A program made the translations under genes and the position numbers. Below, in pieces: positions 1 through 9,141 of a DNA stretch of 64,000 nucleotides. Numbering within the stretch: position 1 is the first letter of the stretch; each line of letters begins with the position of its first letter. The notes under the pieces were generated by a model. It made no database searches. It was not told the DNA's origin and saw only the letters and a program-made list of their open reading frames with translations. Source of the DNA: an uncultured virus (IMG/VR IMGVR_UViG_3300002488_000005) (taxonomy: Duplodnaviria; Heunggongvirae; Uroviricota; Caudoviricetes). The DNA is taken from positions 1 through 64,000 of the IMG/VR virus record IMGVR_UViG_3300002488_000005. One strand, given 5' to 3'.

Positions 1-15
1 ATAGAATAAATTTAC

Positions 16-44
16 TTGACAAATAATATGATATATGTTATAAT
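16..44 (+). promoter_or_regulatory. sigma70-type promoter with extended -10
   Basis: TTGACA (16-21), 17-bp spacer ending in TGn, TATAAT (39-44), upstream of the ATG at 69. Confidence 0.85.
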
Positions 45-68
45 ATATATTATAATAAAGAGAAATAA

Positions 69-872
69 ATGATAAAGAAACATATTGTATTATTTGATAT
101 GGATGGTACTTTAACTGAACCTAGAATGCCATTTCAAAAAAAGTTACTGGGTCCATTAAGAAAATTATCAGCAAATGCTGAAATAGGAATACTCACAGGT
201 TCTGATTTTGACTATTTACATCAACAAATGAACCTAATAATCAGATTTTCTGAGTTGAGATTTGTTACGCACTTGTTGCCATGTAATGGAACAAAACACT
301 ATTACCCTCCAAGACTCCCTGATGACGTTTATAAACTCATTCATGAAATGAATATGGAGACTTTCTTAGGAAAGAATTGTTATAAGCAATTGATAATGTT
401 ATTATCTAGCGGCCAAGAAGAAATGTGTCATTACGATTTCCCACTAACAGGACATTTTATCTCCTGTAGGGGCTCAATGGTTAACTGGTCTCCGGTTGGC
501 AGAAATGCAACTACCGAACAGAGACAGCAGTTTATTGAGTGCGACTTGTCATATTCTCCTTCCCTTAGAGAGCGTGAAATAAACAAACTAAAGTATCGAA
601 TAAATCTTAGGTGTGCTAAAAATGTAACCGTAAAATTAGGAGGCGAAACATCATTTGATATTTATCCTACTGGATGGGACAAGACCTATGCACTAAGGCA
701 CTTTCCTGAGCATATTTGCTGGTTTGTTGGTGATAGATGTGGTCCTAATGGCAATGACAAGGAAATTTATGATCTTTTATCGCAGGAAAACCGTGCATAT
801 TGCACTAAGGACCCCGACAACACAGTTGAAATAATACAAGATATAATCAGGAGAATTGGTAATGGTGAGTGA
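69..872 (+). CDS. HAD-family (eukaryotic PMM2/Sec53-type) phosphomannomutase
   Basis: LFDMDGTLTEPR (DxDGT), RGSMVNWSPVGR, GGETSFDIYPTGWDKTYAL and FVGDR..PNGNDKEIY match eukaryotic-type PMM motifs. Confidence 0.85.
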   Translation: MIKKHIVLFDMDGTLTEPRMPFQKKLLGPLRKLSANAEIGILTGSDFDYLHQQMNLIIRFSELRFVTHLLPCNGTKHYYPPRLPDDVYKLIHEMNMETFLGKNCYKQLIMLLSSGQEEMCHYDFPLTGHFISCRGSMVNWSPVGRNATTEQRQQFIECDLSYSPSLREREINKLKYRINLRCAKNVTVKLGGETSFDIYPTGWDKTYALRHFPEHICWFVGDRCGPNGNDKEIYDLLSQENRAYCTKDPDNTVEIIQDIIRRIGNGE

Positions 873-1236
873 AATCGAAGTCGTCAAAATGATCTCAGAT
901 CTTATTAAGAACGGTATAAGTTTGGATGGTAAAAACATTTTTGAATGCAACCTCTTTATGAAGGACTTGAATCATTTTTTGAACACCGAGACAACCTTGA
1001 GTGCTCACTACTCTGGGGGCAAAATTACTATCGAATCAATTTTTTTTGATCCTCTATTATCTGTTGAGTTAGAAAAAAGCACTCTCCAATGTATTCCAAT
1101 TACTGATGAGGGGTGGATGGATGCTGTCTATGAGATTTTGAAATTTATCCACATCAGGAAAATTGAGGAATTAGAAAAACAACAACAAGCCAAAAAAAAG
1201 GAAGAAGAAAATAACAAAGAGTTTGATTGGATTTAG
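856..1236 (+). CDS. hypothetical protein
   Basis: 126-aa ORF overlapping the PMM end, with AGGAG just upstream. Confidence 0.6.
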   Translation: MVMVSEIEVVKMISDLIKNGISLDGKNIFECNLFMKDLNHFLNTETTLSAHYSGGKITIESIFFDPLLSVELEKSTLQCIPITDEGWMDAVYEILKFIHIRKIEELEKQQQAKKKEEENNKEFDWI

Positions 1237-1312
1237 CACCCATAGCTCAACTGGATAGAGCAACGGCCTTCTAAGCCGTAGGTTTCAGGTTCAAATCCTG
1301 ATGGGTGTACCA
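1236..1312 (+). tRNA. trnR: tRNA-Arg (anticodon UCU)
   Basis: GCACCCA/TGGGTGT acceptor stem, D arm AGCTCAACTGGATAGAGC, anticodon stem ACGGC/GCCGT with loop CTTCTAA, T loop TTCAAAT, encoded CCA. Confidence 0.95.
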
Positions 1313-1403
1313 TTACAACAGAGAAGCCATATGAATGCTTACTTGACACCATCATTGAAGCAGTGTTTGTGATTTCTTCTCTGTTATTTATTTGGAGAGA
1401 ATT

Positions 1404-1727
1404 ATGAAAATATTTTACCTAAGAAGAGAAGAAGATGAAAGCGGAATAAGCGGTACTGGTAGAGTGGCTCAAGGTTTCGTCTTTGATAATGGAAAGGTGG
1501 CAGTGACATGGCTCTCTGAGCACCCTTCTGTTACAATTTATGACAACATTGGAGAAGTTCACGCTATCCATGGCCATGGAGGCAAGACAACAGTAGAGTT
1601 CGAACCAGACTACAAAAGAGCTTGCAATGAACTCAAATCATTTATTGATAATTTTTCTTTACCTGATTTAGCTAAAGACAAACTACCAACAGAGGGCGCT
1701 GCGGCGAAATTGATTTTTAAAAACTAA
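1404..1727 (+). CDS. phage hypothetical protein
   Basis: ATG at 1404 after GGAGAG; contains DESGISGTGRVAQG...IHGHGGKT. Confidence 0.7.
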   Translation: MKIFYLRREEDESGISGTGRVAQGFVFDNGKVAVTWLSEHPSVTIYDNIGEVHAIHGHGGKTTVEFEPDYKRACNELKSFIDNFSLPDLAKDKLPTEGAAAKLIFKN

Positions 1728-1734
1728 TTGATAT

Positions 1735-2235
1735 GTGGAACAAGAATGGTTAAACAGTTACTCATTAAAACTAGATGCTGCTTGGCAACCTCTAGAAATT
1801 ATAAGCACATACAAGGCTTTCAATATGTGTTATTCTGGTAGAGCAAAGATTGTTTCATCGTCCCTAATTGATGGAATAGAGATCCCATCAGTTATTGTTC
1901 TTCATAACTATGTCCGTAGGTTCCCATTTAGATTATCATGTAATCGAAAGAACGTGTTTTGGAGAGATAGCAATCAGTGTCAATATTGCGGCAATATTTT
2001 CAAATTTGATGATCTAACCATGGATCACGTTAAGCCAAAGTCAAAAGGCGGTGCAAAATCATGGGAAAACATTGTTGCATCTTGCAAGGTATGCAATTCC
2101 AAGAAAAGAGATAGAACCCCGAAAGAAGCACAAATGCCTCTAATAAAAAGGCCGCATTCGCCTAGAGTAAGTTTATTAGATCTAAATAGAAACATTCCAA
2201 TTCATAAAGATTGGAGAATTTTTTTCAAGGAGTAA
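1735..2235 (+). CDS. HNH endonuclease
   Basis: RD..QCQYCG, TMDHVKPKSKGG, WENIVASCKVCNSKK. Confidence 0.9.
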   Translation: MEQEWLNSYSLKLDAAWQPLEIISTYKAFNMCYSGRAKIVSSSLIDGIEIPSVIVLHNYVRRFPFRLSCNRKNVFWRDSNQCQYCGNIFKFDDLTMDHVKPKSKGGAKSWENIVASCKVCNSKKRDRTPKEAQMPLIKRPHSPRVSLLDLNRNIPIHKDWRIFFKE

Positions 2236-2237
2236 AA

Positions 2238-2660
2238 ATGAAAAGAGTACCAACAATTGCTGTTAGCGGTGGTTTTGATCCCATCCACAAAGGTCACGTA
2301 CAGATGATCAGGGAGGCTGCTGAATATGGCAATGTCATTGTGTTTTTGAATTCTGATGAGTGGTTAGTAAGAAAAAAAGGATTTAATTTTATGTCCTTTG
2401 AAGAAAGGGCCTACATTGTTGGTAGCATAAAGGGCGTGGCAATTGTGAGCAATGTTGATGACTCCGAAGGCACAGTTTGTTCTGCTCTGCGCAGATTCAA
2501 GCCCGACTATTTTGCAAATGGTGGCGATCGAGTAGCTAAAAATACACCCGAGATGGACACTTGTGAAGAGATTGGCATAACAATGTTGTGGAATGTCGGC
2601 GGAGGAAAGATACAGTCTTCTTCTGATTTAGTTAAGAAAGTAAAAGGAGTGAAGGGATGA
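2238..2660 (+). CDS. cytidylyltransferase-family (HIGH) nucleotidyltransferase, TagD/RfaE-II-like
   Basis: SGGFDPIHKGH, LNSDEWL..KKG, FANGGDR, KIQSSS; AGGAG SD before the ATG at 2238. Confidence 0.85.
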   Translation: MKRVPTIAVSGGFDPIHKGHVQMIREAAEYGNVIVFLNSDEWLVRKKGFNFMSFEERAYIVGSIKGVAIVSNVDDSEGTVCSALRRFKPDYFANGGDRVAKNTPEMDTCEEIGITMLWNVGGGKIQSSSDLVKKVKGVKG

Positions 2661-2911
2661 AAAAAGAATTTGATTTCACAACAATGGAGTTATTGATGCA
2701 AAAGCTAGAGAACGATAATAATCCTGAGTTGAAAAAGGTAGTTAATGATTTGATATTAGGATCTAAAAAAGCCGGTACAATTGGCTTAGACATGAAAGAG
2801 GTTGCTAGTATTTGTACATTGGGCTGGGTAGTCTCCCAGCAGCCGGAGCTAGAATCACTAATGGAGTTTCTGCTTAGTAAGACTGTTCCAAAGGATGAGT
2901 TTTTGAATTAA
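2657..2911 (+). CDS. hypothetical protein
   Basis: 84-aa ORF with ATGA overlap on the previous stop. Confidence 0.65.
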   Translation: MKKEFDFTTMELLMQKLENDNNPELKKVVNDLILGSKKAGTIGLDMKEVASICTLGWVVSQQPELESLMEFLLSKTVPKDEFLN

Positions 2912-2929
2912 AGTGAAATAAAGATAAAG

Positions 2930-2952
2930 GGAGGCTAAAAGCCTCCTTTTTT
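2930..2952 (+). terminator. Rho-independent terminator
   Basis: GGAGGC-TAAAA-GCCTCC hairpin followed by T6. Confidence 0.8.
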
Positions 2953-2953
2953 G

Positions 2954-2960
2954 CTATTTA
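2954..2960 (+). promoter_or_regulatory. putative late promoter motif CTATTTA
   Basis: intergenic, directly after the terminator; the motif recurs before structural genes. Confidence 0.55.
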
Positions 2961-2990
2961 GTAAGTAAAACAAATCTAAGAGGGAAACTA

Positions 2991-5900
2991 ATGAAGCTAT
3001 TATTAGAAAATTGGCGCAACTTTATAAATGAAGAAGCCGCCGCCTTACCAGACAATGCAAAGAAACCGGATCTGCCTGCGATTGTTAAGAAAGGTACTGA
3101 AATTGTCAAACAGCAGCCAAAAAAGCAGCAAAAAGCGGCGCTTGCCCAAATGCTAGATGGTGTCACAATTTCTGATGAAGACAAGAAAAAGGTTGCTGGT
3201 GAAATTGTAGCGAATGTAAACAATGATAATGAAGGAAACGATGACAAGCAAAAAGCACTCAAAGCCTTAGTTGATCAGGCCGGCCAAAAACTGGCGGTTG
3301 TCCCAAGCGATAATAAGGAAAAAGCTGCCCTGACACTTGTAAAGCAAATAAAACAGAAACTTGATCTTGGAGATGAAGAGACAAAAGAAGTCTTAAAAGT
3401 AATTACCGATAAAGGTAATGCTGGTGGTGATGGCGGCGGTGGTGAAGGAAACCCAAATAAAATAGGCGACACACCAGAAGAAGTCCAACAGTTTGAGGCT
3501 GCTTTTGATAAATTCAAAAATAAATTTTATTGCGATATGGAGCCCGGGCTTTCAAGATACGAAAGAAAAAAATCATTAGCCAATTGTCAAGATAAAGGTA
3601 TAGCAATTACAAAAAACCAACAGCATGAGATTATAAAGGATCTTATAGTCTTTATTGAAGGCGAGATTGAAGAAATCAAAGGATCTGGGTATGAAAGGTC
3701 AAAACTAAAAGAACCCAAGGTCACACAAGATAAACCAGAAGTCATCGGCGAACAGAAAATGCCAAGAACAGAGATTGCTGCTTACAAGCAAGATCTAAAA
3801 ATGTTTATAAGGCTAGCCAAAGCCGCAAGCAATAATGAACTGGGAAGCGCACAAAAATTCGCAGGCAAAAGAGCAGGAAAATACTGGATTGAAAGATCTA
3901 AAAAGAAAATGAAACAGATGTTAAAACTGTGTGGAACTTTATATGAAGATCTTCGTGACTTGTCTGGTGCGCTTGGATCTGCCTCTAAAAAGCAAAAACC
4001 AGAACTAAAAGAGATGGCTGATGAAGTTGAAAGAGTCTATGACTCTGTCGTCAACTCATTGGAAGAGATTTTGGGCATTGCCGGTGAACACATGCCGGCA
4101 TCTGAAACTTTGCCTAGAATGGAAAAGGCCCTTGAGGAATTGGAATCAATCTTGAGGTATTTTCCAAAGGGTAGAGTTTTTGGAAAAGGAAAGGCTAATG
4201 CTGAAGACATTCGAGACAAATATGATGAAGCGGTAAAATTGTATTTGGGTGATAACTTTGCTGTTCTTATGAACTTGCCCAATGAAATCCCTCGTGGTGG
4301 TGCAACAGCGATCCAAGGTGCGGCTCAACAAGTCAGAGCATTTGCAGAATTTATTGCAAGGATGTTTGGGCTGGAAATGCCAAAGCAATTTGACGATCCG
4401 GTCGAAACCAAAAAAGTCGAAGTTCCCGGCGTACCAGACGTAGATAAAGCAAAAAAGAAAGTTGAAGGCCCGACTACTAAGGACCCAGATACAGACGGCG
4501 ATGAGGCTACTGGTGATAAGCAATTATTTGAAATAAAAAGTATGCAAGACTGGAGAAACTTTATTAATAAACAAATCGCACTTGATTCTTCAATAAGATC
4601 CGCCGCTGACAAAATTGGTGTCGATCTCGCAGATTCAAAATCTGAAGGGTCAATACAACTCAAGACCCTTATTGCACACTTGATGGTTTTAGGCCACCAA
4701 TCGGCTCAAAAGAAAAAAATTACAGAAGATGTTAACACTGCAAAGGTTCACTTTCAATCCCTATCAGGTGCTTTTGGGTTTGATAAATCTAAATTTACAG
4801 ACTTTTTTGTTGATTTAGAAAGGGCCAAACAGACAGATATTCAAGTTTGGTTCCAAGAGACGCTATCAAAACCAGAAAGCAGACAGGCAGTAGCTCTTCT
4901 TATAAAGGCCCTATCAGATGTGATGAACAAATTTGATGCTCAGTTGAATAAAAGTCTAGCAACCCATATTTTTGCTGGTCGCCTATTCAGAACCGACAAA
5001 GCAAAGCAAGGTGACCAAGACCAAGATCAAACCGATCAAGATCAAGGTGACCAAGACCAAGATCAAACCGATCAAGACCAAGATCAAACCGATCAAGATC
5101 AAGGTGACCAAGACCAAGATCAAACCGATCAAGATCAAGGCGACCAAGATCAAGGTGACCAACAACAAGATCAAGGAGACCAAGATCAAGATCAAGGTGA
5201 CCAACAACAAGGTGATCAAGATCAAACTGATCAAGACCAAGACCAAGGTGACCAACAACAAGACGATCAAGATCAAGGAGACCAAGATCAACAACAAGGC
5301 GATCAAGACCAAACTGATCAAGATGCCGATGAAGACACTAGAAAAATAATGGAAATTATAGGTAACATTCCTCCGTTTACTTCCGACGAAGGAAAAAAAT
5401 TCTCTGATGACACAATAAAAAGAATACAGAAAACAGATGGTTTCAATGATGATATCAAAAACCAACTTGAAAACGGAATTGAAAATCCAAAATCTAACTT
5501 AAGGAGTGGCAAGGCACCGCCATGGACCAAAACTGGTCTGGCAAAAGCCTTTCAGGGAATTGACATTGAACAAATATATCGTGATGCTGTAAAGAATGGC
5601 GAGATAGGCCTCAGGAACAAAAAGGAAACAAACGAATCTGTTGAGAGGCTGTTGCGTGAGTTCAGTGAGAATGCCTATAAACAAGCTCGGGTGATTAGGT
5701 TTCTTTTCACAACAGAAGTTTTTAAAGAACATGATAAGCGTTTTAGAGGCTCCGATCTGGGCTTTATGCTTAAATTCAATGAAAAAGGAAAAGTAGAAAC
5801 AGAAGAAGTATTCAAAACGTGGTTTGCTGTGCGGAAATTTGCACCAATTTGTCGGAAGATTATTTTGGAATATATGTTTTATATATCATATAAATTGTCT

Positions 5901-7139
5901 CTGAAAGATGAGAAGTGGGCCAAAGTAACCAAAAAAGTCGTTGAAATTATGAATAAAGGCAACGTTATGGAATTCACTTTTCCATGGAAAGACCCCGGCG
6001 CCGGTGGAGGACAAACCCAAACTGACCAAGATCAAGAAGACCAAGATCAACCTGATCTAGATCAACAAGATGGAGATGATGGTGAAATAAGCGATGAAGA
6101 GCGAATTCTTATTGGCAAAATTGAAGACACTATAAGTCAAGAATTTCCACAATTATCTGCGGGAGATGATAACGTGGATAAAGACAAAATCAAAAAACAG
6201 GTCATGCAATTAATGGGCCCACAAGTTGTTGATACGGATACGGAAATCAAAGACAAGTTGCCGGCAATTATTGACAAAGAAATCGACGACGTCATAAACC
6301 CAGAACAGGATACCGGAGAAGAGACCGACACCAATGACACTGGTGAAGAAACTGATACCGATGACACTGGTGAAGAAACTGATACCGATGACACTGGTGA
6401 AGAAACTGATACCGATGACACTGGCGAAGAGGACTTGGAACCTTCATATAAGCTAAGTGATGAGGTGAAAGAGTCCGAAGGCTACAACTTGTTGAGAAGC
6501 AGTTGGAAAAGCAACAATAACAAAAAAGGTTTTGATTTTGATGATGACTTGGCCGCTTTTATTGGCTTTGTTGCTCCTCTAAGATATGATAGATTACTAA
6601 AGGAAAAAGTAAAGAAAGGTGACCCATGGCAACAAGTTACTACCAACAACAGTTTCTTTTCTCCAAAACCAGAAGCACAAAAGAAAATTAACAAAGCATA
6701 TCAGGCCTTAGATGCCGAGACTCAAGCAAAAGTAGACAGAATCAGTAAGGCTATGGTGGTGTCAGGAAAGGCACCTGAAATAGGCAAAAAAATTGGAATC
6801 TTAAGGTCTATAATAAAGCAGGAGCCAAAATCAGACGAACAAGAACAAACAACATCTAAAAATTGGGAAGATGTAGTTGATAAGGATGAATGGAACAAGT
6901 CAGAAGATTCAAGAGAATATAGTGTTGCATTGAAAAAACTTAAGAATATTCAAAGAAGACTTGGCAAAGTCAACAAAGACGGACCAGAGTGGAACAAATT
7001 GATCAAGCAACAAAAACAACACAGAGCTTCAGTAAAAAAAATACAATCAAATTGGGGGTTTGAGGACAAAGACGATCTCAAACTTGAGTCGCTAATTAGT
7101 GCTTTGTTGCCACTAGTTAAAGAAATTATGAGAGGATAA
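2991..7139 (+). CDS. large acidic low-complexity protein, possibly a head internal/core protein
   Basis: 1382 aa; N-terminus MKLLLENWRNFINE; D/Q-rich and TGEETDTDD repeats; several I/L-x-E motifs. Confidence 0.75.
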   Translation: MKLLLENWRNFINEEAAALPDNAKKPDLPAIVKKGTEIVKQQPKKQQKAALAQMLDGVTISDEDKKKVAGEIVANVNNDNEGNDDKQKALKALVDQAGQKLAVVPSDNKEKAALTLVKQIKQKLDLGDEETKEVLKVITDKGNAGGDGGGGEGNPNKIGDTPEEVQQFEAAFDKFKNKFYCDMEPGLSRYERKKSLANCQDKGIAITKNQQHEIIKDLIVFIEGEIEEIKGSGYERSKLKEPKVTQDKPEVIGEQKMPRTEIAAYKQDLKMFIRLAKAASNNELGSAQKFAGKRAGKYWIERSKKKMKQMLKLCGTLYEDLRDLSGALGSASKKQKPELKEMADEVERVYDSVVNSLEEILGIAGEHMPASETLPRMEKALEELESILRYFPKGRVFGKGKANAEDIRDKYDEAVKLYLGDNFAVLMNLPNEIPRGGATAIQGAAQQVRAFAEFIARMFGLEMPKQFDDPVETKKVEVPGVPDVDKAKKKVEGPTTKDPDTDGDEATGDKQLFEIKSMQDWRNFINKQIALDSSIRSAADKIGVDLADSKSEGSIQLKTLIAHLMVLGHQSAQKKKITEDVNTAKVHFQSLSGAFGFDKSKFTDFFVDLERAKQTDIQVWFQETLSKPESRQAVALLIKALSDVMNKFDAQLNKSLATHIFAGRLFRTDKAKQGDQDQDQTDQDQGDQDQDQTDQDQDQTDQDQGDQDQDQTDQDQGDQDQGDQQQDQGDQDQDQGDQQQGDQDQTDQDQDQGDQQQDDQDQGDQDQQQGDQDQTDQDADEDTRKIMEIIGNIPPFTSDEGKKFSDDTIKRIQKTDGFNDDIKNQLENGIENPKSNLRSGKAPPWTKTGLAKAFQGIDIEQIYRDAVKNGEIGLRNKKETNESVERLLREFSENAYKQARVIRFLFTTEVFKEHDKRFRGSDLGFMLKFNEKGKVETEEVFKTWFAVRKFAPICRKIILEYMFYISYKLSLKDEKWAKVTKKVVEIMNKGNVMEFTFPWKDPGAGGGQTQTDQDQEDQDQPDLDQQDGDDGEISDEERILIGKIEDTISQEFPQLSAGDDNVDKDKIKKQVMQLMGPQVVDTDTEIKDKLPAIIDKEIDDVINPEQDTGEETDTNDTGEETDTDDTGEETDTDDTGEETDTDDTGEEDLEPSYKLSDEVKESEGYNLLRSSWKSNNNKKGFDFDDDLAAFIGFVAPLRYDRLLKEKVKKGDPWQQVTTNNSFFSPKPEAQKKINKAYQALDAETQAKVDRISKAMVVSGKAPEIGKKIGILRSIIKQEPKSDEQEQTTSKNWEDVVDKDEWNKSEDSREYSVALKKLKNIQRRLGKVNKDGPEWNKLIKQQKQHRASVKKIQSNWGFEDKDDLKLESLISALLPLVKEIMRG
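5007..5324 (+). repeat. degenerate coding tandem repeat (QGDQDQDQTDQD)
   Basis: repeated CAAGAT/CAAGAC/GGTGAC/ACCGAT units. Confidence 0.9.
6307..6430 (+). repeat. 27-bp coding tandem repeat (DTGEETDTD)
   Basis: ATGACACTGGTGAAGAAACTGATACCG three times exactly (6334-6414) plus degenerate flanking copies. Confidence 0.95.
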
Positions 7140-7140
7140 G

Positions 7141-8466
7141 ATGGCTAAGAAAAATTACGTTATTGATACTTCAGTGTTTCTATCAGATGCTGATGCATTG
7201 TTTTCTTTTGGGAACAATGATGTGTTTATTCCCTTGAAAGTTCTTGAAGAGGTCGATAATCACAAAAAACGCCAAGATTCAGTTGGCTTTCACGCAAGAA
7301 AAATAATCAAACATCTTGACGGTCTTCGTGAGAAAGGCTCTCTGGTAAAGGGAATAAGACCAGAACAAGGCAAAGGAATTATTAAGGTCTGCGACCATAA
7401 CTTTGAAGGAATATCCAAGAACTCATTGGACTTGGCAGTGCCAGACCACATTATTTTGTCTGCGGCATTATGTGTTCAAGATAAGTGGCCTAAGCGAAAG
7501 ACCATTGTTGTTTCACGTGATATAAACATGCGTGTCATTGCAAACTCTTTGGGACTTGAATCTGAGGACTACGAAACACTACAGGCCGTTGAAGACGCAG
7601 ATAAATTGTACGATGGGTTCACAGAGATTCTAGTTGATGATCAGATTATTGATCACTTTTATGCTGGTGAAGAAATTATCTTAGACGAGGAGCAGGGAGT
7701 ACAACTCTATCCAAATCAGTTTCTTATGCTTCAATCGTCCGCTAACCCCAAAAAAACTGCACTTTGTCGTTTCAATGCATCTCACTTACCCCTAAAACCA
7801 ACCTTGCAAAAATGGCCTGAAATTAGCTGGGGAATCAAACCTCGCAATAAAGAGCAAGCCTTTGCATTTGACCTGCTTTTTGATGATAATATTCCTCTGG
7901 TGACTCTAATCGGTAAGGCCGGATCAGGAAAAACCCTAATGGCGATCGCTGCTGCAATGGAACAGTGTTTAGGAATGGGACAAAAGAAATATAAAAAGAT
8001 TATAATCTCCAGACCAGTACAGCCTCTCGGAAAGGACATTGGATTCCTTCCGGGCACAATGGAAGAAAAGATGTTGCCTTGGTTAAAGCCGATTCAAGAC
8101 AATCTACAAATGGTTGTTGGTCACGATAGAACTATGCTCCAAGGATTTATGGAGAAAGGTAAACTGGAAGTTGAGGCTCTGACATACATTCGTGGTCGCT
8201 CGATCTCCAACGCTTTTGTTATTATTGACGAAGCCCAGAATCTCACAGCGCACGAGGTCAAGACAATTATCACAAGGATTGGAGACAACACCAAGATTGT
8301 TTTGACTGGAGACGTTGAGCAGATTGATAATATTTACACAAACGAAACAAGCAACGGTTTGGCATTTGCTGTCGAAAAGTTCAAGACATATGACTTGTCT
8401 GGGCACATAACGTTTAAGCGAGGAGAAAGGAGCAAATTAGCAACTTTGGCCTCAAAGATACTATAG
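7141..8466 (+). CDS. phoH: PIN-domain PhoH-family ATPase (PhoH2/YlaK-like)
   Basis: N-terminal PIN (VIDTSVFL, VLEEVD, VSRDINMR), GKAGSGKT, IGFLPG, RGRS, IIDEAQN, GDVEQID. Confidence 0.92.
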   Translation: MAKKNYVIDTSVFLSDADALFSFGNNDVFIPLKVLEEVDNHKKRQDSVGFHARKIIKHLDGLREKGSLVKGIRPEQGKGIIKVCDHNFEGISKNSLDLAVPDHIILSAALCVQDKWPKRKTIVVSRDINMRVIANSLGLESEDYETLQAVEDADKLYDGFTEILVDDQIIDHFYAGEEIILDEEQGVQLYPNQFLMLQSSANPKKTALCRFNASHLPLKPTLQKWPEISWGIKPRNKEQAFAFDLLFDDNIPLVTLIGKAGSGKTLMAIAAAMEQCLGMGQKKYKKIIISRPVQPLGKDIGFLPGTMEEKMLPWLKPIQDNLQMVVGHDRTMLQGFMEKGKLEVEALTYIRGRSISNAFVIIDEAQNLTAHEVKTIITRIGDNTKIVLTGDVEQIDNIYTNETSNGLAFAVEKFKTYDLSGHITFKRGERSKLATLASKIL

Positions 8467-8476
8467 GGGGGGACCA

Positions 8477-9085
8477 ATGCTATTTATATTACTTTTTGCG
8501 CTATTTTCTGCGCTCTATGCACAAGAGCCTGACTATTCTATGGAAATTTCATCTCCACGTGGCATCGTTATTTATGTTGACAAAGAAAGAGATAATCCTG
8601 TTAGCCTGACTCATTTGATTTCTGCAAATGCAAGAACACACAGACACTCAATCAATGATTATTATGCGAGGTGGGAAGGCGTAAACTTCATAAAGAGAGA
8701 GATACAAATATACGATTATAAAAACATCAAATATTTTGATCCGAAATGCGATTACAACAAAGATGCTGTTGGCTGTTCTGTAGAAAATGGACACTGGTCC
8801 CTAACATCCCAAATTGTTCGGGAGGAGATGGAAGCATCGTTTATTCTAAACTTACATGACGAAAGAGGAATAATAATCGGCTCTGCTTCTGTACCGATAT
8901 ATGGAACAATTGAATTCCAGCCAAGATGGAAAAGAACGATTATTGTTGCGGACGGACTTATGGGCCAATCAAAGCAAGAAATATTCGAACAATGGCCCGA
9001 TAAAAAAATTAAGCATCCTCCATATGTTAGATCAAAGGATGTTTCTCAAGCACTGCTTATACTTTTTTCTTCGTTTGATAGATAA
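8477..9085 (+). CDS. exported hypothetical protein
   Basis: N-terminal signal-peptide-like MLFILLFALFSALYA|QE. Confidence 0.65.
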   Translation: MLFILLFALFSALYAQEPDYSMEISSPRGIVIYVDKERDNPVSLTHLISANARTHRHSINDYYARWEGVNFIKREIQIYDYKNIKYFDPKCDYNKDAVGCSVENGHWSLTSQIVREEMEASFILNLHDERGIIIGSASVPIYGTIEFQPRWKRTIIVADGLMGQSKQEIFEQWPDKKIKHPPYVRSKDVSQALLILFSSFDR

Positions 9086-9091
9086 TTTTTC

Positions 9092-9120
9092 TTGACAACT
9101 GCATTGTGGTATGTTATATT
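9092..9120 (+). promoter_or_regulatory. sigma70-type promoter
   Basis: TTGACA, 17 bp ending in TGn, TATATT, in an intergenic gap. Confidence 0.75.
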
Positions 9121-9141
9121 ATATTATAATTGGAGATCAAT

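Noticed and set aside
1343..1372. TTGACA after the tRNA as a promoter, and a 13-codon ORF from 1331
   Set aside because: No -10 element at 16-18 bp spacing, and the ORF is too short to support.
1735..2235. HNH gene as an intron- or intein-borne homing element
   Set aside because: The flanking genes look intact and no split host gene is evident.
4972..5465. Very hydrophobic minus-strand ORF (4983-5465) and K/I/T-rich alternative-frame ORF (4972-5349)
   Set aside because: Both are shadows of the D/Q repeat, which lacks stops in other frames.
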